Positions 40,197-62,300 of a stretch of DNA of 64,000 nt are shown here, piece by piece. The notes under the pieces were generated by a model. The model was not told the DNA's origin. It searched no databases and saw only the letters and a list, made by a program, of their open reading frames with translations. This DNA is from Octopus vulgaris (Eukaryota): positions 99,758,001 to 99,822,000 of the forward strand of contig OX597823.1 in assembly GCA_951406725.2 (NCBI GenBank), given 5' to 3'. Every line of letters begins with the position of its first letter. Position 1 is the stretch's first letter. A program made the translations under genes and the position numbers.

Positions 40197-43100
40197 GATT
40201 GATTGATTGATTGATTCTAGTTTCAGCTTATGAGCTGTGGCCATGCTGGGGCACCGCCATTTTGTGTTGCTACTTGGTTTCACTTCATGGAGGCTTTCTA
40301 GCAGCTGCTATTTGGTGCATGAGAGAGTTCGATGCAGCTGCCCTCATCTGCCCCTCCTGCCGTGAAGTTGGTTCATCTGGGACACCTGACAGGAAGAGAT
40401 CCAGCTTCATTTTAAAAACATCTGTATCCACCCCATGCAGGTCTCTCAGGTTCTTCGGGAGGATATTGAAGAGCTGTGGGCCTCGGAAGCCCAGGCTATC
40501 ACAGTATCTTGTCCTACATCTTGATGGCAGGTTTGGAGTCCTAGGCACCACGCAGTGGCGCCCAGTTCTGGCATTTGCGTAACTCTCGATGCCAAAGTTC
40601 AGGACACTTCCCTCCAGGATCTTCCAGATGTATATTATGGCATATCTTTCCCGCCTACGCTCCAGGGAATATAATTTTAATCTCTTGAGTCTTTCCCAGT
40701 AGCTTACATTCTGCATAGAGGCTATCTTCTTTGTGTAGCTTCGTTGGATCGCCTCAAGTTCTGTGATCAACTTGACACTGGATGGTGACCATAGCTGAGA
40801 GCAATAGTCAAAGTGGCTTAGGACAAGTGTCTTCCAGAGGACCATCATGGTTTCTTGTTCTCTTGTTCTAAAGGTTCTAAGAATCCATCCAGCCAGCCGT
40901 CTACATTTCATTGTCAGTTTAGCAACATGTACATGAAAGGTCGCGTCATCACTCATGTGAATACCAAGGTCACGCACTGATTGTGCCTCTGGGATTGCAA
41001 TCCCTCCGGGTCCAGTGTATTCATTGGGTATTGCATTCAGTTTTGCATGCTGATAGTATAAAGCTTGAAACTTTCCAGCATTGAACTGCATGCTATTCTT
41101 TTCAGCCCACTTGTATATTTCGTCCAGCTCACATTGCAGGTGTTTAGTGTCCTCAGGGTTCTGTATTGCCTGTGAGACTTTTGTATCATCTGCATAACTT
41201 GTGATCGTGGCTCTCTGCGTGGCTGAGGGCATGTCTGAGAGGGCCATTATGAACAGTAGTGGTCCCAGAACAGTGCCCTGCGGAACACCGCTCACTATTT
41301 GTGTGTTAATGGAGGTGGCCCCATTGGCTACTACCACCTGACTTCTATCCTTCAGAAAGTCATGAAGCCATTCTCCCAGTTTTCCAACTATGTTGAGATC
41401 ACGCAGTTTGTGACATATCATTCCATGATCGACTTTATCAAAGGCCTTTGCAAAGTCGAGATATATCACTTCCACATTTGAGTGGTTGAGCAGCCGTTTC
41501 AGCACCCAGTCATAGTGTTGTAGGAGCTGAGTTAAACAGCTTCTCCCTGGTCGGAAACCATGTTGGGTGTCGGGCAGCAGGTCATTCTCTTCAAGGAAGG
41601 TGATCAGCTTCCTTCTGACTATTCGTTCCATGACCTTGCTGATGTGTGAGGTCAGAGAGATAGGTCTATAGTTCTTGGCTTCCGCTCTGCTACCTCCTTT
41701 ATGAATGGGGCATATTTTACCTTCCTTCAGTTTTCCTGGAAGTTTGCCAGCTGCAAGGAAGCTCTGAAAGAGGAACTGCAGTGGTCTTGCTAGGACTCTC
41801 TTACATGCTTTTAGGAGGATTGCCGGGAATCCATCGGGGCCAGTAGCTGAGTCTGTTTTCATTTCATCTATAGCCTTGGTTACATCGTCTTCCTTTATAT
41901 CGATGTAATCTATCGTCGCCGCCTCTGATTTTATATCTGCAGTGGTAAAAAAGTCAGTTGGATTGGTGATTTGGAGATGCCCAAGGGGTGGAGTGAAAAC
42001 ACTCTTGAATTGCTCATTCAGTATTTCACTTACCCTCATTGGTTTTCCTGTAAGTGTGCCATCCTTTTCAAGGAGTGGCCCTATTCTACAGTGCACTGTA
42101 GCTGTTTCTTTGGCATACCTGTAGAAAGCTCTGGGGTTAGATTTTATGTTTTCTATAGCCCAGGCTTCTTTGTCTGCTCTTTCTTTTTCATGGGAGAGTT
42201 GCAGACATTTTTCGATTTCCAACAGTTTTATTTTTAGGCGGGACTTTTCACTGCTTTCAATCTGTTTGTTTAGGCGATTTGAAAATTTCGTACGCCGTCT
42301 CATTAAAATTTTCCTCTCTCTGGGGATTTTGTTCTTGTGTACAGTGGCCTTTCTCTCTGGGACACATTTGTAGCATATGGCTTGCATTACAGACATGAAT
42401 TGTTGAAGTTTCACATCGATGTCTGGCGAGGAGAGACATTCAGGCCAGTTTTGTTTGAGGATCTCTTTCTCAATTTGTTTCCAGTTTGCCTTATGGTAGT
42501 TCAAGCTGGAAAGATTTTGAGGGTTTCTTGTAGGCTGCATGTCCGTGCTCTCTTTTGGCCCATACATGGTCAGCTCTATCATGTTGTGATCCGAGAGTAG
42601 TGTCGGTGTCATTTTCACATTATGGATGAGATCCATGTCATTTGTGAAGCAGAGATCCAGTGTGTTACCTGCCCTGGTTGGTTGGAGTATTACCTGCTCC
42701 ATGTACAGGGTGTTGATGAGGTTCAGGAGGGACCTCGCCTGTCCTCGTTCACATCTTGTCATTCCTGGGAGAGAAAGGCCCTCGGGCCATCTGACATTGG
42801 GCAGATTGAAGTCTCCCATAAGAAGCACACCTATGTGTTGTTCTAATGTGGTTAGAATTTCTTCTATTTTTATAAGGCAGTCTTCGAACTTGCCCACATG
42901 GCTTGGGGCATCTGGAGGGCGATATGTAGCACACACAACTACATCAAGTTGCCTAATATGTACAATTAGTGTGTCACACACCGAGTTTGAGTATGACAAG
43001 AGGACCTGGGGTGTGAGGTCCTCACGGATGTACATAGCAACACCTCCATGACTCCTTTCTTTCCTGTCGGTCCGTAGTACAGCATACTGTGGTATGTGTA

Positions 43101-43466
43101 ACTCCGCATCTGCTATGTCCGGTTTCAGGTGCGTTTCTGTAAGTGCTATGCATAAGGCTTGATTGCATGCAACAAAGTCTCTCAGGAACGGGATCTTTGT
43201 CCTGTTACTGAGTGTTTGCAGTCCTCTGATGTTCAGTAGGAGTATCGAGGTGAGGTGTACGTTGTTGCCAGCGGTGTCCATCCTGTGTCTGTTTGCTGTG
43301 GTGGTCTGGTATATAGTGGGTAGTCCCACCTGCGGGCTTGGTTTTGATGAAGCCAGGTCAGCTGCTGTACAATCTTTTGTGCCATGCACAAAAAAGATTG
43401 TTGCTCAGCAGCTGCTCTTTCGACAACATCATGTTGGCTGTTTGTGGCGCGCACAACATCTGCGTA
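40197..43466 (-). mobile_element. CR1/L2-group non-LTR retrotransposon, 5'-truncated within ORF1, with (AATC)n tail, inserted in (TA)n
   Basis: Intact ORF2, short 3' UTR with stem-loop, (GATT)n on the plus strand at 40197-40216, TA arrays on both flanks. Confidence 0.9.
40285..43389 (-). CDS. LINE ORF2: AP endonuclease plus reverse transcriptase (1034 aa as listed; first in-frame ATG at 43281)
   Basis: APE motifs LNIRGL, LTETHL, GGVAMY, YRPP, GDFN, LDL, SDH; RT motifs [49 protein letters not shown]. Confidence 0.95.
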   Translation of the reverse strand: MHGTKDCTAADLASSKPSPQVGLPTIYQTTTANRHRMDTAGNNVHLTSILLLNIRGLQTLSNRTKIPFLRDFVACNQALCIALTETHLKPDIADAELHIPQYAVLRTDRKERSHGGVAMYIREDLTPQVLLSYSNSVCDTLIVHIRQLDVVVCATYRPPDAPSHVGKFEDCLIKIEEILTTLEQHIGVLLMGDFNLPNVRWPEGLSLPGMTRCERGQARSLLNLINTLYMEQVILQPTRAGNTLDLCFTNDMDLIHNVKMTPTLLSDHNMIELTMYGPKESTDMQPTRNPQNLSSLNYHKANWKQIEKEILKQNWPECLSSPDIDVKLQQFMSVMQAICYKCVPERKATVHKNKIPRERKILMRRRTKFSNRLNKQIESSEKSRLKIKLLEIEKCLQLSHEKERADKEAWAIENIKSNPRAFYRYAKETATVHCRIGPLLEKDGTLTGKPMRVSEILNEQFKSVFTPPLGHLQITNPTDFFTTADIKSEAATIDYIDIKEDDVTKAIDEMKTDSATGPDGFPAILLKACKRVLARPLQFLFQSFLAAGKLPGKLKEGKICPIHKGGSRAEAKNYRPISLTSHISKVMERIVRRKLITFLEENDLLPDTQHGFRPGRSCLTQLLQHYDWVLKRLLNHSNVEVIYLDFAKAFDKVDHGMICHKLRDLNIVGKLGEWLHDFLKDRSQVVVANGATSINTQIVSGVPQGTVLGPLLFIMALSDMPSATQRATITSYADDTKVSQAIQNPEDTKHLQCELDEIYKWAEKNSMQFNAGKFQALYYQHAKLNAIPNEYTGPGGIAIPEAQSVRDLGIHMSDDATFHVHVAKLTMKCRRLAGWILRTFRTREQETMMVLWKTLVLSHFDYCSQLWSPSSVKLITELEAIQRSYTKKIASMQNVSYWERLKRLKLYSLERRRERYAIIYIWKILEGSVLNFGIESYANARTGRHCVVPRTPNLPSRCRTRYCDSLGFRGPQLFNILPKNLRDLHGVDTDVFKMKLDLFLSGVPDEPTSRQEGQMRAAASNSLMHQIAAARKPP

Positions 43467-45068
<1,602 letters not shown>

Positions 45069-45069
45069 T

Positions 45070-51662
<6,593 letters not shown>

Positions 51663-51663
<1 letters not shown>

Positions 51664-52041
51664 TAGCAGTATCGCCCGGCGTTGCTCGGGTTTGTAAGGG
51701 AAATAATTATATAAGCATTTTTAGAGATGTAAAGTATAATAGCCATCTCAATATGGCTAACCACAAAGGGCGAGGGGTGTTACTGTAGCTTTTTACGTTC
51801 TGAGATTTAATAATAAATTTTAGAGAGTTACTTCCCTTATATATGTCAAAAATGGATTAAAAATGGGGAAAATTGATGGTAAATTTTTTTTTAAATCGTA
51901 GACTCATCGTAGACGCGCGCTAATACCCAGACGGTCTCGATATGAATCACGACTTGGTTAAACTGCACCGCAAAATGTGGGAGTAGTTAGGAATGTAAAT
52001 GGTAGGAGACAGACACACAACCTCACTTTTATATATAAAGA
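51663..52041 (-). mobile_element. Non-autonomous Helitron
   Basis: Minus strand A|TCTTTATATATAAAA … cccgagcaacgccgggcgatactgCTAG|T; 3' ~65 bp shared with 26816-27199. Confidence 0.8.
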
Positions 52042-52139
52042 TTTCCTCTATTTACATAATATTGAGGTCTCTTTCTTTCTTTTGTTATCTTACTGTTTTT
52101 ACCAATATACATATATATATATATATATAAATATATATA

Positions 52140-52464
52140 TAGTTACAGAGATGTACTTGCATAGCAAGTGACTTGATCTGAGATCGTGTGCTGGAACGAA
52201 AACAGTTGCAGCGTTGAAGGTGTTTATAAGCCATCTAAGAAACACACAAAAACCGTTAGATTCACTTCAACATTTAAATTTAATTTGTCAAAATATTTTC
52301 GTCGCTTTGAGACCGCGACCTGTTAGCACGATATTTTTGTCAGTGAACAGGTCGCGGTCTGAAAGCGACGAAAATATTTTGGCAAATTAAATTTAAATGT
52401 TGAAGTGAATGTAACGGTTTTTGTGTGTTTCTTAAATGGCTTACAAACACCTTCCACGCTGCAA
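52140..52464. mobile_element. Fold-back element: 119-bp inverted arms (52206-52324 and 52346-52464), 21-bp spacer, flanked by (TA)n
   Basis: About 6 mismatches between arms; a hammerhead spans the spacer and right arm. Confidence 0.75.
52336..52386 (+). ncRNA. Minimal type-I hammerhead ribozyme, G3:C8 variant with one extra nucleotide after A9
   Basis: TTTGTCA-GTGAACA-G-GTCGCggtctgaaaGCGAC-GAAA-ATAT-TT-TGGCAAA: 7-bp stem I (one G:U, which is Watson-Crick in the mirror arm), 5-bp stem II, palindromic AATATT stem III. Confidence 0.65.
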
Positions 52465-52554
52465 TATATATATATATACACACATATATATATATGTATG
52501 TATGTATGTATGTGTGTATATGTGTATGCATGTATGTGTGTGTGTGTGCGTGTC

Positions 52555-52770
52555 TGTGCTTGTGATTGTCCTCCACCACTGCTTGACAATAAATGTTGGT
52601 TTGTTTACATCCCTGTCACCTAGTGGTTTGACAAAGGAAACAGATAGAATAAGTACAATGCTTACAAAAATAAAACTGGAGTTGATTCATTAAACTACAA
52701 TTCTTCAAGGCATTGCCCCAGCATGGCCACAGACCAATGGCTGGAAAAAGCAGAAGAATAAAAGAATACA
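52555..52770 (+). mobile_element. SINE family B, 3' half (CR1-type tail)
   Basis: tgccccagcatggccacag is identical over 19 nt to the LINE 3' UTR at 40235-40253. Confidence 0.75.
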
Positions 52771-52833
52771 TTCTCTGCTTTGGTCTTATGTTCAAGGCAT
52801 GAGAAAGCTTGAGTTTACATGAGAAGGCCTAAC

Positions 52834-53094
52834 AGACCTGGTAGAAACAGCAGCCAAATCTCCCTCAAATCACACCTTACTGTCTTATGTATGTATATAT
52901 ATATGAGCCAATGAGGGGGACCTCTACATGGTAGCTAGACCTGGTAGAAATAGCAGCCAAATTTCCCCCAAATCACACCTTACTGTCTTATCTATGTATA
53001 TATGTATGAGCCTATGAGGGAGACCCCTACATGGCAGCTAGACATGGTAGAAATAGCAGCCAAATCTCCCTCAAATCACACCTTACTGTCTTAT
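52834..53094. repeat. Tandem repeat, 103-bp period, about 2.5 copies
   Basis: agac(c/a)tggtagaaa…aaatcacaccttactgtctta starts at 52834, 52937 and 53040. Confidence 0.9.
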
Positions 53095-53572
53095 CTTTCT
53101 GCTACTTGGATATAGGTGTTATATTCATCGTAAAAAACTTTCCTGTCACACGCACACACACACACGCACCCTCACACACACACACACGCGCACACACTGA
53201 CACACACGCACGTCAGCTTACAATTTTATTTATATATTTGCGTATCTATGTGTGGAAAGAGGAAGTGGGAGGCAGAGTGAAAGAATCACTCACTACAGTA
53301 AGTGAATTAGTTTCATTTTATTCGTTGCCCACTGTGTGTGTGCGTTTGCGTGTGGTGTAAACCAGACTAAGAAAAGCATTTGACACACACACCAGAATGT
53401 GAGTTTTCTGTAAATTTTGCTTAATTAGAGTTTAAATTTTGAAAACTGGACCTGGCATGACGCGATGCATTGTACTCTTAAAATTACTAGGTAAATTGTA
53501 ATTGAAGAAATCCTATATTGTAGATTTGTATAACTCCCAAAGGGAGGCAGATAAAATCTGCCTTTTATAATA

Positions 53573-55679
<2,107 letters not shown>

Positions 55680-55933
55680 GGCACAGATGTGACTTGTGTC
55701 CTAACTTGGTTCCAGGTTCAATTGCATTATGTGGCACCTTATTCCTGTGTTTTCTACTTTAATCCTGGGTCAACCAAAAGAAATGTGCTGTATGTATGGG
55801 CATCCAGCTGTAGAAACACAGACTGGGGCCTGGTGCAGCCTTCTTGTTTCCCAGACCCCAGTTGAACCATCCAACCCATGCCAGCTTGGAAAACAGACAG
55901 TAAACAATGATGATATTTTGTATATATAACAAA

Positions 55934-57034
55934 TCATCATCACTTAGAATCTGTTTTCCATGTTGGCATGTGTTGAATGGTTTGAGTAGAACTGGTAAGC
56001 TGGAGATCTGCACCAGTCTGTTTTTGATTGTTTTCTAAAGCTGGATGCCCTTCCTAATGCCAACACTGCAAGAGTGTAATGGGTACTATTATGTGTCACT
56101 GGCACGGGTGCGATTTGCATGACACTGGTATTTGCTATGACTGCAATTTTGCTCGGCGTGATGAGTCTTCTCAAACACAACATTATGTCAAAGGTCTTGG
56201 TTATTGCCTCCATGAGGCTCAATGCTCGAAAAGAACTCACTCACTTTACCTCCATGAAGCCCAACATTCAAAGGTTGATTTTCTTTTTTTTTTTTTCTTA
56301 CATGCCACCAGTACTTGGCTTGACGGATCCTCTTAAGCAGAGCACATTACTAAAGTTCTCGGTCACTACTCATTGCCTCTGTGAGGTTCAAAGTTCGAAG
56401 GTCATGCTTCACCATCTCATCCCATGTCTCCTTGGGTCTACCTCTACCACAGGTTCCCTCCACAGTTAGAGATCGGCATTTCTTTACACAACTATCCTCT
56501 TTCATATGCATCACATGATCATTCCAACACAGTCGTCTTTCTTGCACACCACATCTAATTCCTCTCATGCTTAACTTTTCTCAAAAGATGCTTATACTCT
56601 GTCGAACATGCACACTGACATTGCACATCCAGCAAAGCATACTGGCTTCATTTCTTTCAAGCCTACGCATATCCTCAGCCATCACTGCTGTGTAGCATAG
56701 TTGTTCGCGCACAGGCATCTTATAATCTGCCTTTCGCTCTGAAAGAGAGGCCCTTTTGTTGCCAACACGGGTAGGAGCTCTCTGAACTTTGCCCAGCCTA
56801 AATCTTATTCTCACAGCTATGCTCTTGGAGCATCCACCTCTGCTACTAACTTGGTCACCTAGATAATGGAAGCTGTCTACTACTTCTAACTTTCCCCCCT
56901 GGCAGTTGATGGAGTCTATTGTCTGCACATGTTCAACCTGTGCACCTTCCACATACAAAAATTAGTTTCTCTGTTAACCTTCCTTTATGTTGCTTCACCT
57001 GTTGTGTGTCCAAAGTTTACACTGGGTGCATCTT
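55934..57034 (-). mobile_element. RTE LINE 3' fragment, degenerate
   Basis: ORFs 56350-56568 and 56581-56958 are homologous to 62100-62630; (ATG)n tail near 55934. Confidence 0.9.
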
Positions 57035-57053
57035 ATATATATATATATATATA

Positions 57054-57502
57054 TAGCAGCTAAGCCCGGTTTCACCCGGTTGGTTTGGATGATGTGGCCG
57101 TAAAACCTGCTCTGTGTAAGCATTCGACTTGTTTGGGTATGCTTACATTAAAAAACAATTTTAGAATGACTTTTTTCTGTCAAAATGCTAAAAATAATCG
57201 ACCAACCAAGATTCACCCAAATCAAAAAATACTGAACAAACAAAGATGAACCATCCCACTTCTATTGCAAGCGTACACGCACACACACACACACATATTC
57301 ACACAGAGTTGAAGGAAGGAAAAACTATTTGGTTTCTCAAAAAGTTTTTTTTTTGCATTTACTTTGTTTAACAAAACCAAAAATTTTATTGAAATAAAGG
57401 CATGCTTAATTATTTTTTAATGAAAAGAAAACACTGATTGCTTTTTATTCAGCAGATATGATTCAGCACTGTCCACTGGACGGGTGGGGGGTCGTTTTGC
57501 TC

Positions 57503-57540
<38 letters not shown>
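57054..57540 (-). mobile_element. Probable non-autonomous Helitron (different family)
   Basis: Minus-strand 3' hairpin ccgggtgaaaccggg followed by cttagctgcta; flanked by (TA)n; 5' end uncertain. Confidence 0.45.
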
Positions 57541-57544
<4 letters not shown>

Positions 57545-58331
57545 TTAGAAACTTTACCATTATATCTCCCCAGTCACTCCTTAATTCCTAGCACTCTTCC
57601 TTATTATTTCACCCCCTTGCTTTCCTTCTGGAGGCTTACTACACACATTCAGTCTAACCCTCCCCCACTGTACCACATTTTTTTTATCTATCTCTGCACC
57701 TTACTGCCTTTTCAAACCTATCCCCCAACTCCAACTTCTCATACCTTCTTTTGTTTCTGTCCCTCTCCCTATTCCTTCTATCCATTGATAGCTCTCCTCT
57801 CCCCACCACCTTACAATATCTTGACCAGTATCTAACACTCCTATTTTTTCTCCTTTCATTTTTTCTCTCTCTTTTTCCTTCCTCACCTCTACACCAGCCC
57901 TTATGAATACCACTCCCCTAAGTCCTTTCACCAATACATACACTCTCCCATACATACTTCTTTCTTCCTTTAGACATTCTTCTTATCTGTTCCTTTCTCC
58001 ACCTACTTTGCCTTCCATGTATAATTCTCAAAATTCATTCACACTAAAAGATCCTTTTGAATAAACAACACATGGAATTGATATCTGCACTCTATCCATT
58101 TGAAATCAGAACACATAGGATTTCTTATCGGACTTTACACATTATGGACAAGAACTTTCTTTACCCATTCCACACAACACATTTCTTGGATAACGAAACA
58201 ACAACTTTGTTATGTTTTATTTTCACATTTTCCTTTTGTACTTTCTGCATTAGATCCAATTTTTTGCATATCTCTCCCTCTCAAGAATAACTTTAAAAAA
58301 AAAATGAACTCTATTGAGGCTATTTTAAATT

Positions 58332-58379
58332 GTCTCTGATAATGGGATATCATTTATTTCCCCGAAACAGCTGTAAGAC
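58332..58379 (+). ncRNA. Degenerate minimal hammerhead (G8 changed to A without compensation)
   Basis: GTCT-CTGATAA-tGGGA…TCCCc-GAAA-CAGCTG-TA-AGAC; palindromic ACAGCTGT stem III, GUA triplet. Confidence 0.55.
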
Positions 58380-58475
58380 CATGTATCTATTTATAAATGT
58401 CCTAGGAATATCAGATTCCCTTTGCCTTGTTGAGCTTATTTAACATATATGTATCTATGCATTTACATATATATA

Positions 58476-58950
58476 TCATCATCATCATCATCATTGTTTA
58501 ACGTCTGCTTTCCATGCTGCCATGGGTTGGACAGTTTCACTGAGGACTAGTGAGCCAGAGGCTGCACCTGGCTCAATCTGGTTTGGCAAAGTTTCTACAG
58601 TTGGATGCCCTTCCTAACGCCAACCACTCCGAGAGTGTAGTGTGTGCTTTTTATGTACCACCAGCACGAGGGCCAATCAGGCTGTTCTGGCAAAGACACA
58701 CTTATGCGCAAAAGGTGTTTTCATGTGCTGCCAGCAGTGCTGGCAACAACAACGCTCGAATGTTCTTTTTCATGTACCACCGGCACATGTGCTGGTAAGG
58801 CGACGCTGGTAACGATCATGCTCGAATGGTACTTTTCACGTGTCACCACCATGGGAGCCAATCTGTGTCCCTGGCAATGATCACACTCGATAGGGCTTTC
58901 AACGTTCCACTGGCACGAGTGCCAATCAGGCAACACTGTCATCGGCCACA
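58476..58950 (-). mobile_element. RTE 3' UTR fragment
   Basis: Reverse-complement similar to 62860-63175; (ATC)n at 58476-58493. Confidence 0.8.
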
Positions 58951-59069
58951 TCAGCAATTTTAGTTTGTTTACACTTGTCTCATGTATGTATGTATGTATT
59001 TCTGTATGTCTATATGCATGTATGTCTGTTTGCATATATATGACTATGCATATATATATATGTGTGTAT

Positions 59070-59102
<33 letters not shown>

Positions 59103-59296
59103 CAAATATATGTATATACATGTATATATATATATATATGCAAATATATGTATATACATGTATATATATGTATGCATATATATGTATATATATATGTGTG
59201 TATATGTGTGTAGATACATGTATATATATATATGCATATATATGTGTGTATATATGTATATATATACATGTGTGTGTATATATATATATATATATT

Positions 59297-59377
<81 letters not shown>

Positions 59378-59379
59378 AT

Positions 59380-62300
59380 ATATGTTTGCTGTGTCGCGAT
59401 ACACCCGCCTTCCCACCCCTCCACACACCGGAAGTCCCTATCCTTAACCTGAAGTCCCTAACCTATGTCTTCCTCGTTTACCTCCCGCGAACACTTCTAA
59501 GGGCCAAATGCCACCTCACCCCTGTGTAGAGTCTATTGATCATATAGCGCATGAAAATGGTATATTGTCCGTAGGTTGTGGTCAAGTGTTTCTTATGACT
59601 TCTGCCAAAAGCGAGCTTTCTTTTCAGGTACATGACACTGCTGTCCCTCATCCCAGGGTCTCACAGGCCCACACCTCCCACGCCCTCAGAGTTGGTACAC
59701 TGAAAGGTAGGTCTGGTGAGATTGTTGAGATGCTAGAGCGGAGACGTGTAGATTTGTGCTGCATCCAAGAAGTAAGGTGGAGAGGCGGTTCTGCTAGGTT
59801 CCTCACAGGCAAAGAACACAGGTACAAGATTCTCTGGGTAGGGAACACTGACGGAGTCAGGGGCGTGGGTATACTTCTTGCGGAGAAATGGGTTGATAAG
59901 GTAATCGAGGTAGTCAGAGTATGTGACAGAGTACTTAAGATTAGATTAGTGCTTCACCATAGGTCAGCTACCATTATCTCAGCCTATGCTTCTCAGCTGG
60001 GGCTACTGGAGGGGCAGAAAGACCAATTCTATAACACCCTATTGCAGACTACCTCGTCGACGAACGACAGAGACCTTCTTTTTGTAGCTGGTGATTTCAA
60101 TGGACATGTTGGACAACGTGCAGGGGGCTTCCATGGTATACATGGATGCTATGGTTTTGGTTCCCGCAATGAGGAGGGAACCAGATTGCTGGAGTTCTGC
60201 GATGCAAATGATCTTATGGTTTGCAATACTAACTTCAGGAAACCCACCTGTCACCTAGTCACCTATCGCTCTGGCAGACACACCAGCCAAATTGACTATA
60301 TCCTCACCAGAAAAAGGGAAAGAGGGCTGCTTATAAATGCCAAAACCTTCCCAGGCGAAGAATGTACCCCTCAACATAGATTAGTAGTTAGCGACTTCAG
60401 GATCGGGGCTGAATGGATGCCCAGAAGACCAGCCTGGAGGAGAAGGGTCTGGAAACTTAAAGATCCTGCAAATGGGCAGAGATTTAGAAACGTATTACTC
60501 GAAGCCCTTGATGAAATAGAAGGGGATATAGCATCACATAATGTGGAAGACAACTGGAGGTTTCTACGGGACAACCTGCTGAGAGCCACTGACCATATCT
60601 GTGGCTGGTGCAAAGTCCCCATTCGACCCAAAGTAACGTGGTGGTGGAACGACGTGGTTGACAGGGCTATTAGACAAAAGAAACAGGCTTGGAAGGACTT
60701 GAAGAATGGAGGTAGCAGGGAAGTGTATCAGACTGCCAGAAGGGAAGCTAGGAGACAGGTCTATTTAGCCAGAGGGGAAGTAGATAAGAAAAAATTTGCC
60801 AATGTTCTGCTCCGTGAGGACCAAAGACTTGAGGTATTTCGTGTTGCAAGACAGTGTGTGAGAGAGAATCGTGATGTGGTAGGAGAGAAATGCGTTCGCA
60901 TGGATGATGGTTCACTTGCGCTAAATGAGGATGCAAAAAGAGAAGTTTGGAGATGCCACTATGAAAGGTTGCTGAATAAAGAAAATGAATGGGATAAAGA
61001 GAGTCTGCCGAATGTCAACCCAACAGCGGGACCAGCTATCCAAGTTGAACTACCAAAGAACTCTTTGGTAGTTAAGGCAATTAGAAGCATGAAGACAGGG
61101 AAAGCTCCAGGCCCATCAGGAATTACTGCAGAGATGCTCAAAATATCTGGCAGTGTCGGCTATAACCTAGTCACCCGTATAGTTAACCAGGTGATACACG
61201 AACGAGTCATACCTAATGTGTAGCAGCATAATAGTCAACTGCTACAAAGGTAAAGGAGACGCCCTAGATACAAATAATTACAAAGGTATCAAGCTATTGG
61301 ATCAGGTAATGAAGGTTACGGAGAGGGTCATAGCCCAACTGATTAGGGAGAGAGTGAACTTGGACGAGATGCAGTTTGTGTTCGTGCCAGGAAAAGCACC
61401 ACTGATGCCATATTTCTGGTGAGACAGCTGCAGGAGAAATACCTAGCCAAAGATAAGCCCCTGTACCTGGCTTTCGTTGACATGGAGAAAGCCTTTGACA
61501 GGGTCCCCCGATCCCTTATCTGGTGGTCAATGAGGAAACTAGGGATAGATGAATGGCTGGTGAGAGCTGTGCAAGCCATGTACAGGGATGCTGTAAGTAA
61601 GGTTAGGGTTGGCAATGTGTACACAGAAGAATTCAAGGTAGAGGTTGGGGTCTACCAGGGTTCAGTCCTCAGCCCCCTCCTATTTATCATAGTCCTCCAG
61701 GCAATAACGGAGGAATTCAAGACAGGTTGCCCTTGGGAGCTCCTCTATGCTGATGACCTTGCTCTAATTGCTGAGTCACTATCAGAACTGGAGGAGAAGT
61801 TCCAGGTGTGGAAGGAGGGATTAGAATCGAGGGGCCTTAGAGTCAACCTAGCTAAAACCAAAGTACTAATAAGTAGGAAGGTAGACAAACCACAAATGCC
61901 TTCAGGAAGATGGCCCTGCTCGATCTGTAGAAAAGGTGTAGGTAGAAACTCTATAAGATGTATCCAGTGTAAGCTATGGACACATAAGTGGTGCAGCAAT
62001 GTCAAAGGAAGGCTAACTGGGAAGATAGTTTTTGCATGTGGCAGATGCTCGGGAGCATTAACCTCCGAAAATCTGCAGAAAACAACTTCTGTCACTTTCC
62101 AGGGGTAAAAACTAGAAGTAGTTGATAGCTTCCGTTATCTAGGTGACCAAGTCAGTAGTGGGGGTGGGTGCACTGAAAGTGTAACTGCTAGAGTAGGAAT
62201 AGCCTGGGCAAAGTTCAGGGAGCTCTTACCTCTGCTGGTGACTAAAGGCCTCTTGCTCAGAGTAAAAGGCAGACTGTATGATGCATGTGTACGAACAGCC

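Noticed and set aside
52834-53094. Repeat-spacer pattern as a CRISPR array
   Set aside because: The spacers are themselves near-identical, there are no cas genes, and the context is eukaryotic
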